64,000 nt of DNA. It comes from an uncultured delta proteobacterium. Its GTDB lineage: Bacteria > Myxococcota > Myxococcia > SLRQ01. Below the pieces are notes generated by a model. It was not told where the DNA came from. It worked only from the letters and a program-made list of their open reading frames with translations, and did not search any database. This document shows, piece after piece, positions 55,226 to 64,000 of the stretch. The translations under genes were made by a program, and so were the position numbers. Within the stretch, counting starts at the first letter, position 1. Every line of letters begins with the position of its first letter. The DNA is taken from contig CAVSGM010000011.1 in the NCBI GenBank assembly GCA_963727485.1, positions 192,001 to 256,000 on the forward strand, read 5' to 3'.

Positions 55226-55897
55226 ATGATGCCCCGGAAGTCCCCATCTCCAGCCCTCGATCCGGCCTTCGCGGCCAGCCTCCAGGGCCGCTCCCTCGCC
55301 GACCTCGAGGCCCACCCGGGGACGGTCTACGGCGTCTTCGCCGACGGGCGGCTGGGGTACCTCAACCCCGCCTGGTACCGCTTCGCCCGGGAGAACGACG
55401 CGGACCCCGACACCTGGGTCTGGCAGCTCGGCGCGCCGCTCGCGACCGCCATCCCCGAGGTCCTGGTGCCGTTCTACGACGACGCCTTCCGGGCGGTGCG
55501 GGCCGGCGGCGAGCCCTGGTCCCAGGTCTACGAGTGCTCCAGCGCCACCCGGCTGCGGAGGCTGCGCATGCAGGTGCTGCCGCTCGCCGACGGGGCGCTC
55601 CTGGTGGTCCACAGCCCGCTGGTCGACGAGCCCCACGCCCCGGGCCTCGAGGGCGTCGGGCCTCACGACCCGCGGTTCCGCGACCCGCACACGGGCATCG
55701 TCGTCCAGTGCGCCCACTGCCGGTGCGTGCGGCGCGTCGACCTGCCGGAGCACCCGTGGGTCTTCGTCCCCGCGTACGTCGCCGACCCGCCCGAGCAGGT
55801 GAGCCACGGGCTCTGCCCCGCCTGCCTCGCCTACCACTACCCGGAGCCGCCGCCGGCCGGGGGCCTCGACGCCGACCGCGAAAGCCTCGGGGGCTGA
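55226..55897 (+). CDS. Hypothetical protein with PAS-like region and C-terminal Zn ribbon
   Basis: YLNPAW..FA..N, YECSS, QCAHC...SHGLCPAC. Confidence 0.65.
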   Translation: MMPRKSPSPALDPAFAASLQGRSLADLEAHPGTVYGVFADGRLGYLNPAWYRFARENDADPDTWVWQLGAPLATAIPEVLVPFYDDAFRAVRAGGEPWSQVYECSSATRLRRLRMQVLPLADGALLVVHSPLVDEPHAPGLEGVGPHDPRFRDPHTGIVVQCAHCRCVRRVDLPEHPWVFVPAYVADPPEQVSHGLCPACLAYHYPEPPPAGGLDADRESLGG

Positions 55898-55946
55898 CGC
55901 CCCCCGCCGGGAAAGTGCTACCCTTCCCCACATGCTGAATCGGGGG

Positions 55947-56786
55947 ATGAGGCTCGTCGTCGTCGCCGCGACCGTCGCGGCGGCCTTCCCGGCCCACGCG
56001 GCCGTCCACCTCGGCTGGGTCCGCGCCGGCGCCACCGCCGACCCGGCGCACCCGGCGCGCTACTACCCGGGGCACCTCCTCGACGGCGACCGGCACACGG
56101 TCACCTGCGTCGCCGGGGGGCCCGCGGGCGCCGGGGCCCACGCCATCACCATCGGGCTCCGGGGCACCGGCCGGATCACCGCCGTCCTCGTGGACAACGG
56201 CGACCCGCGCACCAGGCGCGACGCCCGGGCCCACAACCGGGTCCACGCCCTCGTGCTCACCGACGCCACCGCCTCGCGCACCCTGACCCTCCCGGACAGC
56301 ACGAAGCCCCAGCTGGTGAAGCTCGGCACGCCCATCCAGGGCGAGAAGGTCACCCTCACCATCAAGTCCGTCTACGGCACCGCGCCGCTCACCTGCCTCG
56401 CGGGGGTGACCTTCGTCAGCGGGCGCCGGCACCTGGTGGCCCGGCACCTGCGCTACGACCGGCAGCGCGCGCCGCTCGAGGGCGTGTGGGCCGCCGGACC
56501 CAAGGGCGCCCCCGAGCGCTTCCTCGCCCTCTACCTCGACGGGCGCTACCGCTTCACCTACGCGCCCAACGACCCCGACGCCAAGGGCGCCCGCCTCGAG
56601 GGGCGCTGGACCCGCCGGGGCCACCGCCTGCGCCTCCAGGTCCACGGGCGCTGGGTGACCCTCCGCCTGGGCCTCACCGGCAGGCAGCCGGCCGCCTCGG
56701 GCCAGGCGCACCGGCACCTCAAGCTCACCGGGCCCCGGCGGCTGCCGAAGCACCTCGCCGGCGACTACCGCGACCACTGGCTCTAG
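55947..56786 (+). CDS. Secreted hypothetical protein, discoidin/glycan-binding-like beta domain
   Basis: Signal peptide; LLDGD..T, NG...NRV motifs. Confidence 0.6.
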   Translation: MRLVVVAATVAAAFPAHAAVHLGWVRAGATADPAHPARYYPGHLLDGDRHTVTCVAGGPAGAGAHAITIGLRGTGRITAVLVDNGDPRTRRDARAHNRVHALVLTDATASRTLTLPDSTKPQLVKLGTPIQGEKVTLTIKSVYGTAPLTCLAGVTFVSGRRHLVARHLRYDRQRAPLEGVWAAGPKGAPERFLALYLDGRYRFTYAPNDPDAKGARLEGRWTRRGHRLRLQVHGRWVTLRLGLTGRQPAASGQAHRHLKLTGPRRLPKHLAGDYRDHWL

Positions 56787-56808
56787 GGCCAGCGGGCGGG
56801 CGGAGCGC

Positions 56809-57207
56809 CTAGGCCCGGGCCTTCGCCGCCGGGGCGAAGTCGCGGAAGAACTCGATGAGCTGGCCGAGCAGGGCCTCGCCGTCCTCGGCGTCGAACCCTT
56901 CGCCCTCGTTGCGTTCCTCGAGCCACACGCCGCCGCAGACCTCGCAGAGCGCGTAGCGCCGGTCCTGGGCGCCCGAAGCGTCGACGACCGTCAGGTCCGT
57001 CAGGTCCTCAGGGCACATCCCGGCTGTCTCCCCGAGGTTCTCCCGACCCCCCATGGAGTCGAGCCCCGGCAGGTTGTAGTGGAGCAACGTTCGGGTCAGA
57101 TCCCCCGAGTCGATCCACAGGCTGCCACACTCGGGGCAGCGCCCAAGCATCCCACTGGCTTCGGTCGAGAACTCCTGCATCTCGGCGCTACAACGCGGGC
57201 ACTCCAT
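56809..57207 (-). CDS. Zinc-ribbon (zf-TFIIB-like) repeat protein
   Basis: CPRC..CPECGSLWID and CPED..CEVCGGVW. Confidence 0.7.
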   Translation of the reverse strand: MECPRCSAEMQEFSTEASGMLGRCPECGSLWIDSGDLTRTLLHYNLPGLDSMGGRENLGETAGMCPEDLTDLTVVDASGAQDRRYALCEVCGGVWLEERNEGEGFDAEDGEALLGQLIEFFRDFAPAAKARA

Positions 57208-57366
57208 TGATCCTCCATGCGGGCCTCCTTGAACCGGAGGCGGTTTGAACGGGCCCAAGTCTACCCATCGCCATGCACCGCATTCAAGCCGGGCCCGGGT
57301 CAATCTCCCCGATGGCCTCGACGCGGCGCGTCCAACCCCCCTGCGAAACCCCGCCGGGGGACGGCC

Positions 57367-58038
57367 TCATTCCGCCATCGCCACCTGCGTGCGCGCCCGG
57401 GACAGGGCCTCGACCAGCCCCCGCACCCGCTCCGGCGCGCGCTTGAGGCTCACCCGGTTGACCACCAGCCGGGCGCTCACCGCCATCACGTCCTCGATCA
57501 CCGTCAGGCCGTTCTCCTCGATGGTCCGCCCGGTCTCGGTGATGTCCACGATGGCGTCGACCACCCCCAGCACCGGCCCCAGCTCCACCGCCCCGTGGAG
57601 GGTCATGATCTCCCCGGGGCTGCCCACCCGGGCCAGCCAGTCCTCGGTGATCTTCGGGTACTTGGTGGCCACCCGGAGCGGCCGCCCGGGGATCCGCCGG
57701 AACCCGGGCTTCGCCGCCAGCACCATCCGGCAGGCGCCGATGCCCAGATCCAGCGGCTCGTAGAGATCGCGCCGCTCCTCGCGCAGCACGTCGAGGCCGA
57801 CGACGCCGAGGTCCGCCGCCCCCTGCTCCACGTAGGCGGCCACGTCCGCGGCGCGCACCGAGAGGAAGCGCAGCCCCGGCCCGTCGGCGTCGAAGGAGAG
57901 CCTCCGGCTCCGGGCCAGGATCGGCGCCGGGTCCAGGCCGATGGCCTGCGCCAGGAGCGCGCCGGCCTGCACCTGGAGGCGCCCCTTGGGGAGCGCCACC
58001 GTGAGCCGATCGGGCACCGGCCTTGCGGCCCGGCTCAT
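57367..58038 (-). CDS. hisG: ATP phosphoribosyltransferase, short form
   Basis: VALPKGRL, ADLGVVG.D, RVATKYP, DAIVDITETG.T. Confidence 0.93.
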   Translation of the reverse strand: MSRAARPVPDRLTVALPKGRLQVQAGALLAQAIGLDPAPILARSRRLSFDADGPGLRFLSVRAADVAAYVEQGAADLGVVGLDVLREERRDLYEPLDLGIGACRMVLAAKPGFRRIPGRPLRVATKYPKITEDWLARVGSPGEIMTLHGAVELGPVLGVVDAIVDITETGRTIEENGLTVIEDVMAVSARLVVNRVSLKRAPERVRGLVEALSRARTQVAMAE

Positions 58039-58057
58039 CGCCTGCGCTCCCGGGCGC

Positions 58058-59329
58058 TCACTGGGTGAGCCTCCGGATGTCCGCCCCGAGGCCCCGGAGC
58101 TTCTTCTCCATCCGCTCGTAGCCCCGGTCCAGGTGGTAGACCCGGCTCACCGTGGTGGTCCCGCCCGCGCGCAGCCCGGCGAGCACCAGCCCGGCGCTCG
58201 CCCGCAGGTCGCTCGCCATCACCGGCGCCCCCGAGAGGCGCGACACCCCGTCGACCTGGGCCAGGTGCCCGTCGACGCGGACCTTCGCGCCCATCCGCGC
58301 CAGCTCGCTGACGTGCATGAACCGATTCTCGAAGACCGTCTCCCGGATCGCCGAGCGCCCCTGGGCCACCGCGCAGAGGGCCATGAGCTGGGCCTGCATG
58401 TCCGTGGGCATCCCGGGGTAGGGGAGGGTGTCGAAGTCGAAGGCCACCGGGCGCTTGGGGCCCCGGACCCGGACCTGGGTGCCGTCGGGCGTGACCTGGG
58501 CCCCGGCGGCGCGCAGGGTCTCCCAGAGGGCCTCGAGGTGCGTCGGCACCACCCGGTCGAGGACCACGTCCCCACCGGTGATCGCCGCCGCCACCGCGAA
58601 GGTCCCCGCCTCGATGCGGTCGGGGATCACCGAGTGCGCCGCGGGCTTGAGGTCGCCGGGCGCCACGCCCCGGACCCGGATGGTCTGGGTCCCGGCGCCG
58701 TCGATCCGCGCGCCCATCCCCGTGAGGCAGGCGGCGAGGTCTTCGACCTCCGGCTCCCGGGCGGCGTTCTCCAGCACCGTCTCGCCCCGGGCCAGCACCG
58801 CCGCCATCAGCACGTTCTCGGTGCCCGTGACCGTCTGCACCTCGAAGCGGAACCGCCCGCCGGTGAGCTTGCGCGCCCGGGCCTCGACGTAGCCGCCGGT
58901 GAGCTTGATGTCGGCGCCGAGGGCCGCGAGCCCCTTGAGGTGCTGGTCGATGGGCCTGGCGCCGATGGCGCAGCCCCCCGGGAGCGACACCCGCGCCGAG
59001 CCCCACCGGGCGAGCAGCGGCCCCAGCACCAGCACCGAGGCGCGCATCGTCCGCACCAGGTCGTACTCGGCCACCGGCGCCACGTCCCCGGCGACGTCGA
59101 CGAGGATCCGGTCCCGCGCCCGCCCCGCGCCCCGGGCCGCGTAGGCCCCGATGCGCGAGAGCAGCCGCACCATCGTCCGCACGTCGGCCAGGTCGGGGAC
59201 GTTGCGCAGGGCGTGCTCGCCCTCGGCGAGGAGGGTGGCGGCGAGGATGGGCAGGGCGGCGTTCTTGGCGCCGCCGATGGGCACCGTGCCCTCGAGGCGC
59301 TGTCCGCCCTGGATGCGAAGCCGGTCCAT
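58058..59329 (-). CDS. murA: UDP-N-acetylglucosamine 1-carboxyvinyltransferase
   Basis: [43 protein letters not shown]. Confidence 0.96.
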   Translation of the reverse strand: MDRLRIQGGQRLEGTVPIGGAKNAALPILAATLLAEGEHALRNVPDLADVRTMVRLLSRIGAYAARGAGRARDRILVDVAGDVAPVAEYDLVRTMRASVLVLGPLLARWGSARVSLPGGCAIGARPIDQHLKGLAALGADIKLTGGYVEARARKLTGGRFRFEVQTVTGTENVLMAAVLARGETVLENAAREPEVEDLAACLTGMGARIDGAGTQTIRVRGVAPGDLKPAAHSVIPDRIEAGTFAVAAAITGGDVVLDRVVPTHLEALWETLRAAGAQVTPDGTQVRVRGPKRPVAFDFDTLPYPGMPTDMQAQLMALCAVAQGRSAIRETVFENRFMHVSELARMGAKVRVDGHLAQVDGVSRLSGAPVMASDLRASAGLVLAGLRAGGTTTVSRVYHLDRGYERMEKKLRGLGADIRRLTQ

Positions 59330-59384
59330 GGTGATCTTGCGGGGCCCCCTGCGGGCCCGGTGGGCGGGGAAGGTACCCCCGAGG

Positions 59385-59446
59385 GCGGGGTCGAGGCCAG
59401 GGCACGAAGCGGGGTCGAGGCCAGGGCGCGAAGCGGGGTCGAGGCC
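59385..59446. repeat. 24-bp tandem repeat, about 2.6 copies
   Basis: GCGGGGTCGAGGCCAGGGCRCGAA at 59385 and 59409, partial copy at 59433. Confidence 0.85.
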
Positions 59447-59630
59447 GGCGGGCGACGGGGTCTTCGGGGTGTCGAGCATGGGAGGGCCTGTAGCAGGCCC
59501 CGTTCCAGCACCCGAAACCCCCGGGAATCGCGGCGTCCGCGGCCGGGGCGGTGGTTAGCGCGGGGGGATCGGCGTGTCAACGGGCCCACGCCCGTGTGCC
59601 CACGCCCGCCCGCCGCGCCGCGACCGCCGG

Positions 59631-60554
59631 TCAGCCCCGCCGGCGGGCCACCAGGATGCGCCGGTGCCCGGCCAGGTCCCGGATCCCCGAGACCTCGTCG
59701 TAGGCCCCCGACGCCCGGGCGGCGGCCTCCAGCGCCTCGCCCTGGTCCTCGCCGTGCTCCATCACCAGCAGGCCCCCGGGCGCCAGGTGGGCCGGGGCCT
59801 CGGCGACGACCCGGCGGGGCACCTCGAGGCCGGTCTCGCCGGCGACGAGGGCCATCCGGGGCTCGTGGTCCCGGACCTCGGCCTGGAGCGCCGGCCAGGG
59901 CCCCGGCGGCGACGTAGGGGGGGTTGCCGGTGATGAGGGGGTACACCGCGTCGCCCACCGGCGCGAAGAGGTCCCCGACCCGCTGGTCGTAGCGCTCGGC
60001 GACGCCCAGGGCCTCGGCGTTGGCCACCGCGACCTCGGCGGCCTCGGGCGAGAGGTCCACGGCGACGACCGAGAGGCCGGGCCGCTCGCAGCCCAGGGTC
60101 ACGCCCACGCAGCCGGAGCCCGAGCACAGGTCGAGGACCGTCACCGGGGGGGCACCTGCGGGCGGTGCGCGGCGTCCGCGGGCGGCGCGGCGCCCGCCGC
60201 CGGCAGCGCCTCCAGCGCCCGGTCCACCAACAGCTCGGTCTCGGGCCGGGGGATGAGCACCCGCCGGTCCACCGCGAACGCCCGGCCGTAGAACTCCCGG
60301 CTGCCCAGGAGGTACGCCGTCGGCTCCCCGGCGGCCCGGCGCCCCACCAGGGCCCGGTAGGCCCCGCGCTCGTCCTCGGTCAGGGGCCGGTCGAAGTCCA
60401 CGTAGAGCCGCACCCGGCTGCACCCGAGGACGCTCGCCAGGAGCAGCTCCGCCTCCAGCCGCGGGCTCGGCAGCCCCCGGTCCCGGAAGTGGCCGGCGGT
60501 CCAGTCGAGGACGGCCTTCACCGTCCAGGTCGACGGCGGGGCGGCGTCGCTCAC
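59631..60554 (-). CDS. prmC: Release factor glutamine methyltransferase (two frameshifts)
   Basis: EP.AY..G.REF, LIPRPETE, LDLCSGSG, NPPY; follows prfA. Confidence 0.92.
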
Positions 60555-60576
60555 GCGTCCCCCTCGGCGGCGGCGC

Positions 60577-61662
60577 TCACGCCTCGGGGCCCGTCGCACC
60601 CTCCCGCTCCAGGGCGTCGGCCTGGAAGTGGGTGCGGCAGGCGGTGATCACCTCGTCCAGGTCCCCGGCCATGATGCGGTCGAGGTTGTGGACCGTGAGG
60701 CCGATGCGGTGATCGGTGAGGCGATCCTGGGGGAAGTTGTAGGTGCGGATCTTGTCCGAGCGGTCGCCGGTGCCGACCATGCTCCGGCGCAGCTCCGAGC
60801 GCTCGCTGTCGAGCTCGGACTGCTTGAGGTCGAGGAGCCGCGAGCGCAGGACCGTCATCCCCTTGGCCTTGTTCTTGTGCTGGCTCTTCTCGTCCTGCAT
60901 CGAGACCACCAGGCCCGTGGGCAGGTGGGTGATGCGCACCGCGGAGTCGGTGGTGTTCACGCTCTGGCCGCCGGGGCCCGAGGCGCGGAACACGTCGATG
61001 CGCAGCTCGGTGGGGTCGATCTTCAGCTCGACCTCCTCGGCCTCCGGGAGCACCGCCACCGACGCCGCCGAGGTGTGGATGCGCCCCTGGGCCTCGGTCT
61101 CGGGGACCCGCTGCACCCGGTGGACGCCGCTCTCGAACTTGAAGTGGCTGAACACCTCGTCGCCCTCGATCCGGAGCACCGCCTCCTTGATGCCCCCGCG
61201 CTCGGACTCGGAGCTCGAGAGCATCTCCACCTTCCACCGGTGGCGCTCGGCGTAGCGCACGTACATGCGCATCAGCTCCCCGGCGAAGAGGGCGGCCTCC
61301 TCGCCGCCGGTCCCGGCCCGGACCTCGAGGATGACGTTCTTCTCGTCGTTGGGGTCCTTGGGGAGGAGCAGGATCTTGATCCGCCCCTCGAGGCCCTCGA
61401 CCCGCGCCTCGAGGGCGTCGACCTCGTCCTTGGCCAGGGCCCGCATCTCCGGGTCCGACTCGCTCTCCAGGAGCGCCCGGCTGTCGGCGAGCTCGGCGGT
61501 CGCGGTCTTCCAGGCCCGGTAGGCCTCCACGACCTCCTCGAGGCCGGCGCGCTCCTTGGCGACCTTCTGGTACTCCCCGGGCCGGCCGGCGACGTCCGGG
61601 TCGGCCAGCTTGTCGTTCAGCGCCTCGAAGCGGCGCGCCACATCTTCGAGCTTCTCCCACAT
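60577..61662 (-). CDS. prfA: Peptide chain release factor 1
   Basis: GGQ motif, PET tripeptide in [15 protein letters not shown]. Confidence 0.97.
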   Translation of the reverse strand: MWEKLEDVARRFEALNDKLADPDVAGRPGEYQKVAKERAGLEEVVEAYRAWKTATAELADSRALLESESDPEMRALAKDEVDALEARVEGLEGRIKILLLPKDPNDEKNVILEVRAGTGGEEAALFAGELMRMYVRYAERHRWKVEMLSSSESERGGIKEAVLRIEGDEVFSHFKFESGVHRVQRVPETEAQGRIHTSAASVAVLPEAEEVELKIDPTELRIDVFRASGPGGQSVNTTDSAVRITHLPTGLVVSMQDEKSQHKNKAKGMTVLRSRLLDLKQSELDSERSELRRSMVGTGDRSDKIRTYNFPQDRLTDHRIGLTVHNLDRIMAGDLDEVITACRTHFQADALEREGATGPEA

Positions 61663-61726
61663 GATTTCGGCGGCGGTGTATATCGCAACCTACGGAAAAT
61701 TGCTCCACATTCCCCCCGCCGCTACC

Positions 61727-62188
61727 ATGGCAGCCACCATGCCCCGCACCCAGCGCTCCCACCTCACCAAGAACCGCCACCCCGCCGACGACGATGCCCT
61801 CGTGGACGCCGCCCGCGCCATGCTCGACCGGGCCTACGCCCCCTACTCGAAGTTCCGGGTGGGCGCGGCCATCCGCACCCGGGACGGCGCCATCATCACC
61901 GGCTGCAACGTGGAGAACGCCTCCTACGGCCTGTGCATCTGCGCCGAGCGGGTGGCGGTGGGCACCATGGTCGCCGAGGGCCACGACGCCCCCGAGGCCA
62001 TCGTGGTGTTCACCGAGTCCGAGCCCCCGTCGCCCCCCTGCGGGATGTGCCTCCAGACCCTCTCGGAGCACGCCGACGAGATGGACGTGATCCTCGCCAA
62101 CGCCGCCGGCCAGCGCCTCAAGCTCCACCTCAAGGACCTGCTCCCGGTTCGCTTCCGCAAGGACGCCCTGGGCCACACCCCCGCCTGA
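61727..62188 (+). CDS. cdd: Cytidine deaminase
   Basis: AYAPYSKF.VGAA, NVENASY, CAE, PCGMC. Confidence 0.93.
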   Translation: MAATMPRTQRSHLTKNRHPADDDALVDAARAMLDRAYAPYSKFRVGAAIRTRDGAIITGCNVENASYGLCICAERVAVGTMVAEGHDAPEAIVVFTESEPPSPPCGMCLQTLSEHADEMDVILANAAGQRLKLHLKDLLPVRFRKDALGHTPA

Positions 62189-62199
62189 CCCGAGGCCCC

Positions 62200-63529
62200 A
62201 TGGACCTGCTCCTCAAGGGCGCCACCGTCGTCACCATGGATCCCGAGCGCCGGATCCTCGAGGGCGACGTGCTCATCAGCGGCGGCGAGATCCGCGCCGT
62301 GGGCGAGGTCGACCCCGCCTCCGGCACCGGCGCCGTGCGCACCCTCGACTGCCGGGGGAAGGTGATCGATCCCCGGCCTGGTCCAGAGCCACATCCACCT
62401 CTGCCAGACCCTGTTCCGGGGCGCCGCCGACGGCTACGAGCTCCTCGACTGGCTCCGGGAGCGCATCTGGCCCTTCGAGGGCGCCCACACCTACGAGAGC
62501 CTCCGGGCCAGCGCCCGCCTCGGCCTCGCCGAGCTCATCCGCGGCGGCACCACCGCCTGCCTCGACATGGGCACCGTCCACCACCAGGACGCCCTCTTCG
62601 AGGCCGCCGCCGAGGCCGGGTTCCGCCTCACCAGCGGCAAGGCGATGATGGACGTCTCCCGGGGGCTGCCCGCGGGGCTCCGGGAGAGCACCGACGAGTC
62701 GCTGGCCGAGTCCGACGCCCTCCTCGAGCGCTGGCACGGCAAGGGCGGCGGCCGGCTGCGCTACGCCTACGCGCCCCGCTTCGTCCTCTCCTGCACCGAG
62801 CCGCTGCTCCAGCAGGTCGCCGAGCGCGCGGCCGACAAGGGCGTGAAGGTCCACACCCACGCCTCCGAGAACCAGAACGAGATCGAGGCCGTCCGCGAGC
62901 GCTGCGGGATGGACAACGTCGCCTACCTCGACCACCTGGGGCTCTCCGGCGACGGGGTGTGCCTGGCCCACTGCATCTGGGTCACCGCCCACGAGCAGCG
63001 CCTCCTCGCCGACACCGGCACCCACGTCCTCCACTGCCCCTCGAGCAACCTCAAGCTCGGCAGCGGCATCGCCAAGATCCCCGAGCTGATGGAGATGGGG
63101 GTGAAGGTGTCGCTGGGGGCCGACGGCGCGCCCTGCAACAACAACCTCGACGCCTTCATGGAGATGCGCCTCGCCGGGCTCATCCACCTCCCGCGGGTGG
63201 GGCCCACCGGGCTCCCGGCCCAGAAGGTCTTCGAGATGGCCACCCTCGGCGGCGCCCGGGCGCTGGGCCTCGAGGCGCACATCGGCTCCATCGAGGTCGG
63301 CAAGCGCGCCGATCTCGCGCTCCTCGATCTCGGCCGGCCCCACACGGTGCCCGGGGGCGACGACCTCTACGCCCGCCTGGTCTACGCCGCCCGGGCGAGC
63401 GACGTGGAGACCGTCCTCATCGACGGCGAGGTGGTCCTCGACCGGGGCGTGCTGACGACCCTGGACGAGGGCGAGGTCTTGGAGGAAGCTGCCGTCCATG
63501 GGCGGGAGATCGTCCGCCGCTTCGGCTAG
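62200..63529 (+). CDS. Amidohydrolase, 5'-deoxyadenosine/MTA-SAH deaminase-like (frameshift near 62370)
   Basis: QSHIHLCQTLFRG, HTHASE, LAHC, HCPSSNLKL, GADG. Confidence 0.88.
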
Positions 63530-63548
63530 CTTCCTGAAGAGGTCACCA

Positions 63549-63992
63549 ATGAAGCGCCTTCGGATCGTCGTGCTCACGGGCGTCGCCTGTGGGCTGCTCT
63601 CTTTCGGGTTCGCGGCCCGGGCCAAGGCCCACCGCCATCACCACGGGCGCCACGAGCAGGTCACCGTCCGCCAGGTGGTCTTCCTCACCCCGGGTGACGG
63701 CTTCGACTTCGGCTCGACCTTCGAGTCCCAGGTCGGCGACGACCACTACCAGTACTGGGAGAAGCTCCGGGACCAGGGGAAGATCGAGATGTCCGGGTAC
63801 TTCGAGGGCACCAAGGGCGAGATGATCGTCGGGGCCCCCGGGGTCGGCGCCGCGGAGATGGAACGCCTGGCCAAGGCCGACCCGGCGGTGAAGAACCTCA
63901 TCGCCACCGTCGAGGTCCGGCGCTGGCTGGTCACCCTCGGGCCCAAGCACCACAAGGCCGACCCCGACGGCCTCGACGACCTGGGGCAGTAG
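63549..63992 (+). CDS. Secreted YCII-like domain protein
   Basis: Signal peptide; H..YW..L...G....SG, ADPAV, EVRRW. Confidence 0.6.
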   Translation: MKRLRIVVLTGVACGLLSFGFAARAKAHRHHHGRHEQVTVRQVVFLTPGDGFDFGSTFESQVGDDHYQYWEKLRDQGKIEMSGYFEGTKGEMIVGAPGVGAAEMERLAKADPAVKNLIATVEVRRWLVTLGPKHHKADPDGLDDLGQ

Positions 63993-64000
63993 GCCTCCGT

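Noticed and set aside
57367..58038. Short HisG without adjacent hisZ
   Set aside because: Common arrangement; murA-hisG linkage is ordinary and hisZ is often elsewhere

Overview
This window is very GC-rich bacterial DNA, and the gene content looks Myxococcota/deltaproteobacterial (inference). Many genes are broken by single-base indels, including housekeeping genes such as prfC, prmC and uppP, so most frameshifts are probably long-read assembly errors. The left arm (1-21.6 kb) holds housekeeping and metabolic genes (prfC, histidine kinase, ABC-F, hemolysin III, PfkB, P450, uppP, crotonase, acyl-CoA ligase, serpin, Doc TA pair) plus two internally deleted relics. The centre (about 21.7-52 kb) is a defence island. 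Its core is a ~20 kb minus-strand operon: giant DEAH/DUF1998 helicase, RelE-UvrD helicase, SNF2 (DrmD-like) helicase, N6-adenine MTase, a hidden HEPN-like gene, a multi-domain McrB and McrC. Around it lie a low-GC pair of PD-(D/E)XK-like genes, a diverged duplicate of the UvrD 3' end and an XRE-ImmA/IrrE regulator. Transcribed divergently is a translationally coupled trio: Cas4/RecB-like nuclease, unknown protein and minimal SF1 helicase. This trio is the best candidate for an uncharacterised system. The right arm has rluA, decayed fragments, tRNA-Gly(CCC), hisG, murA, prmC, prfA, cdd and an amidohydrolase. No CRISPR array, rRNA or integrase was seen. All family calls come from motif recognition by eye; no searches were run.
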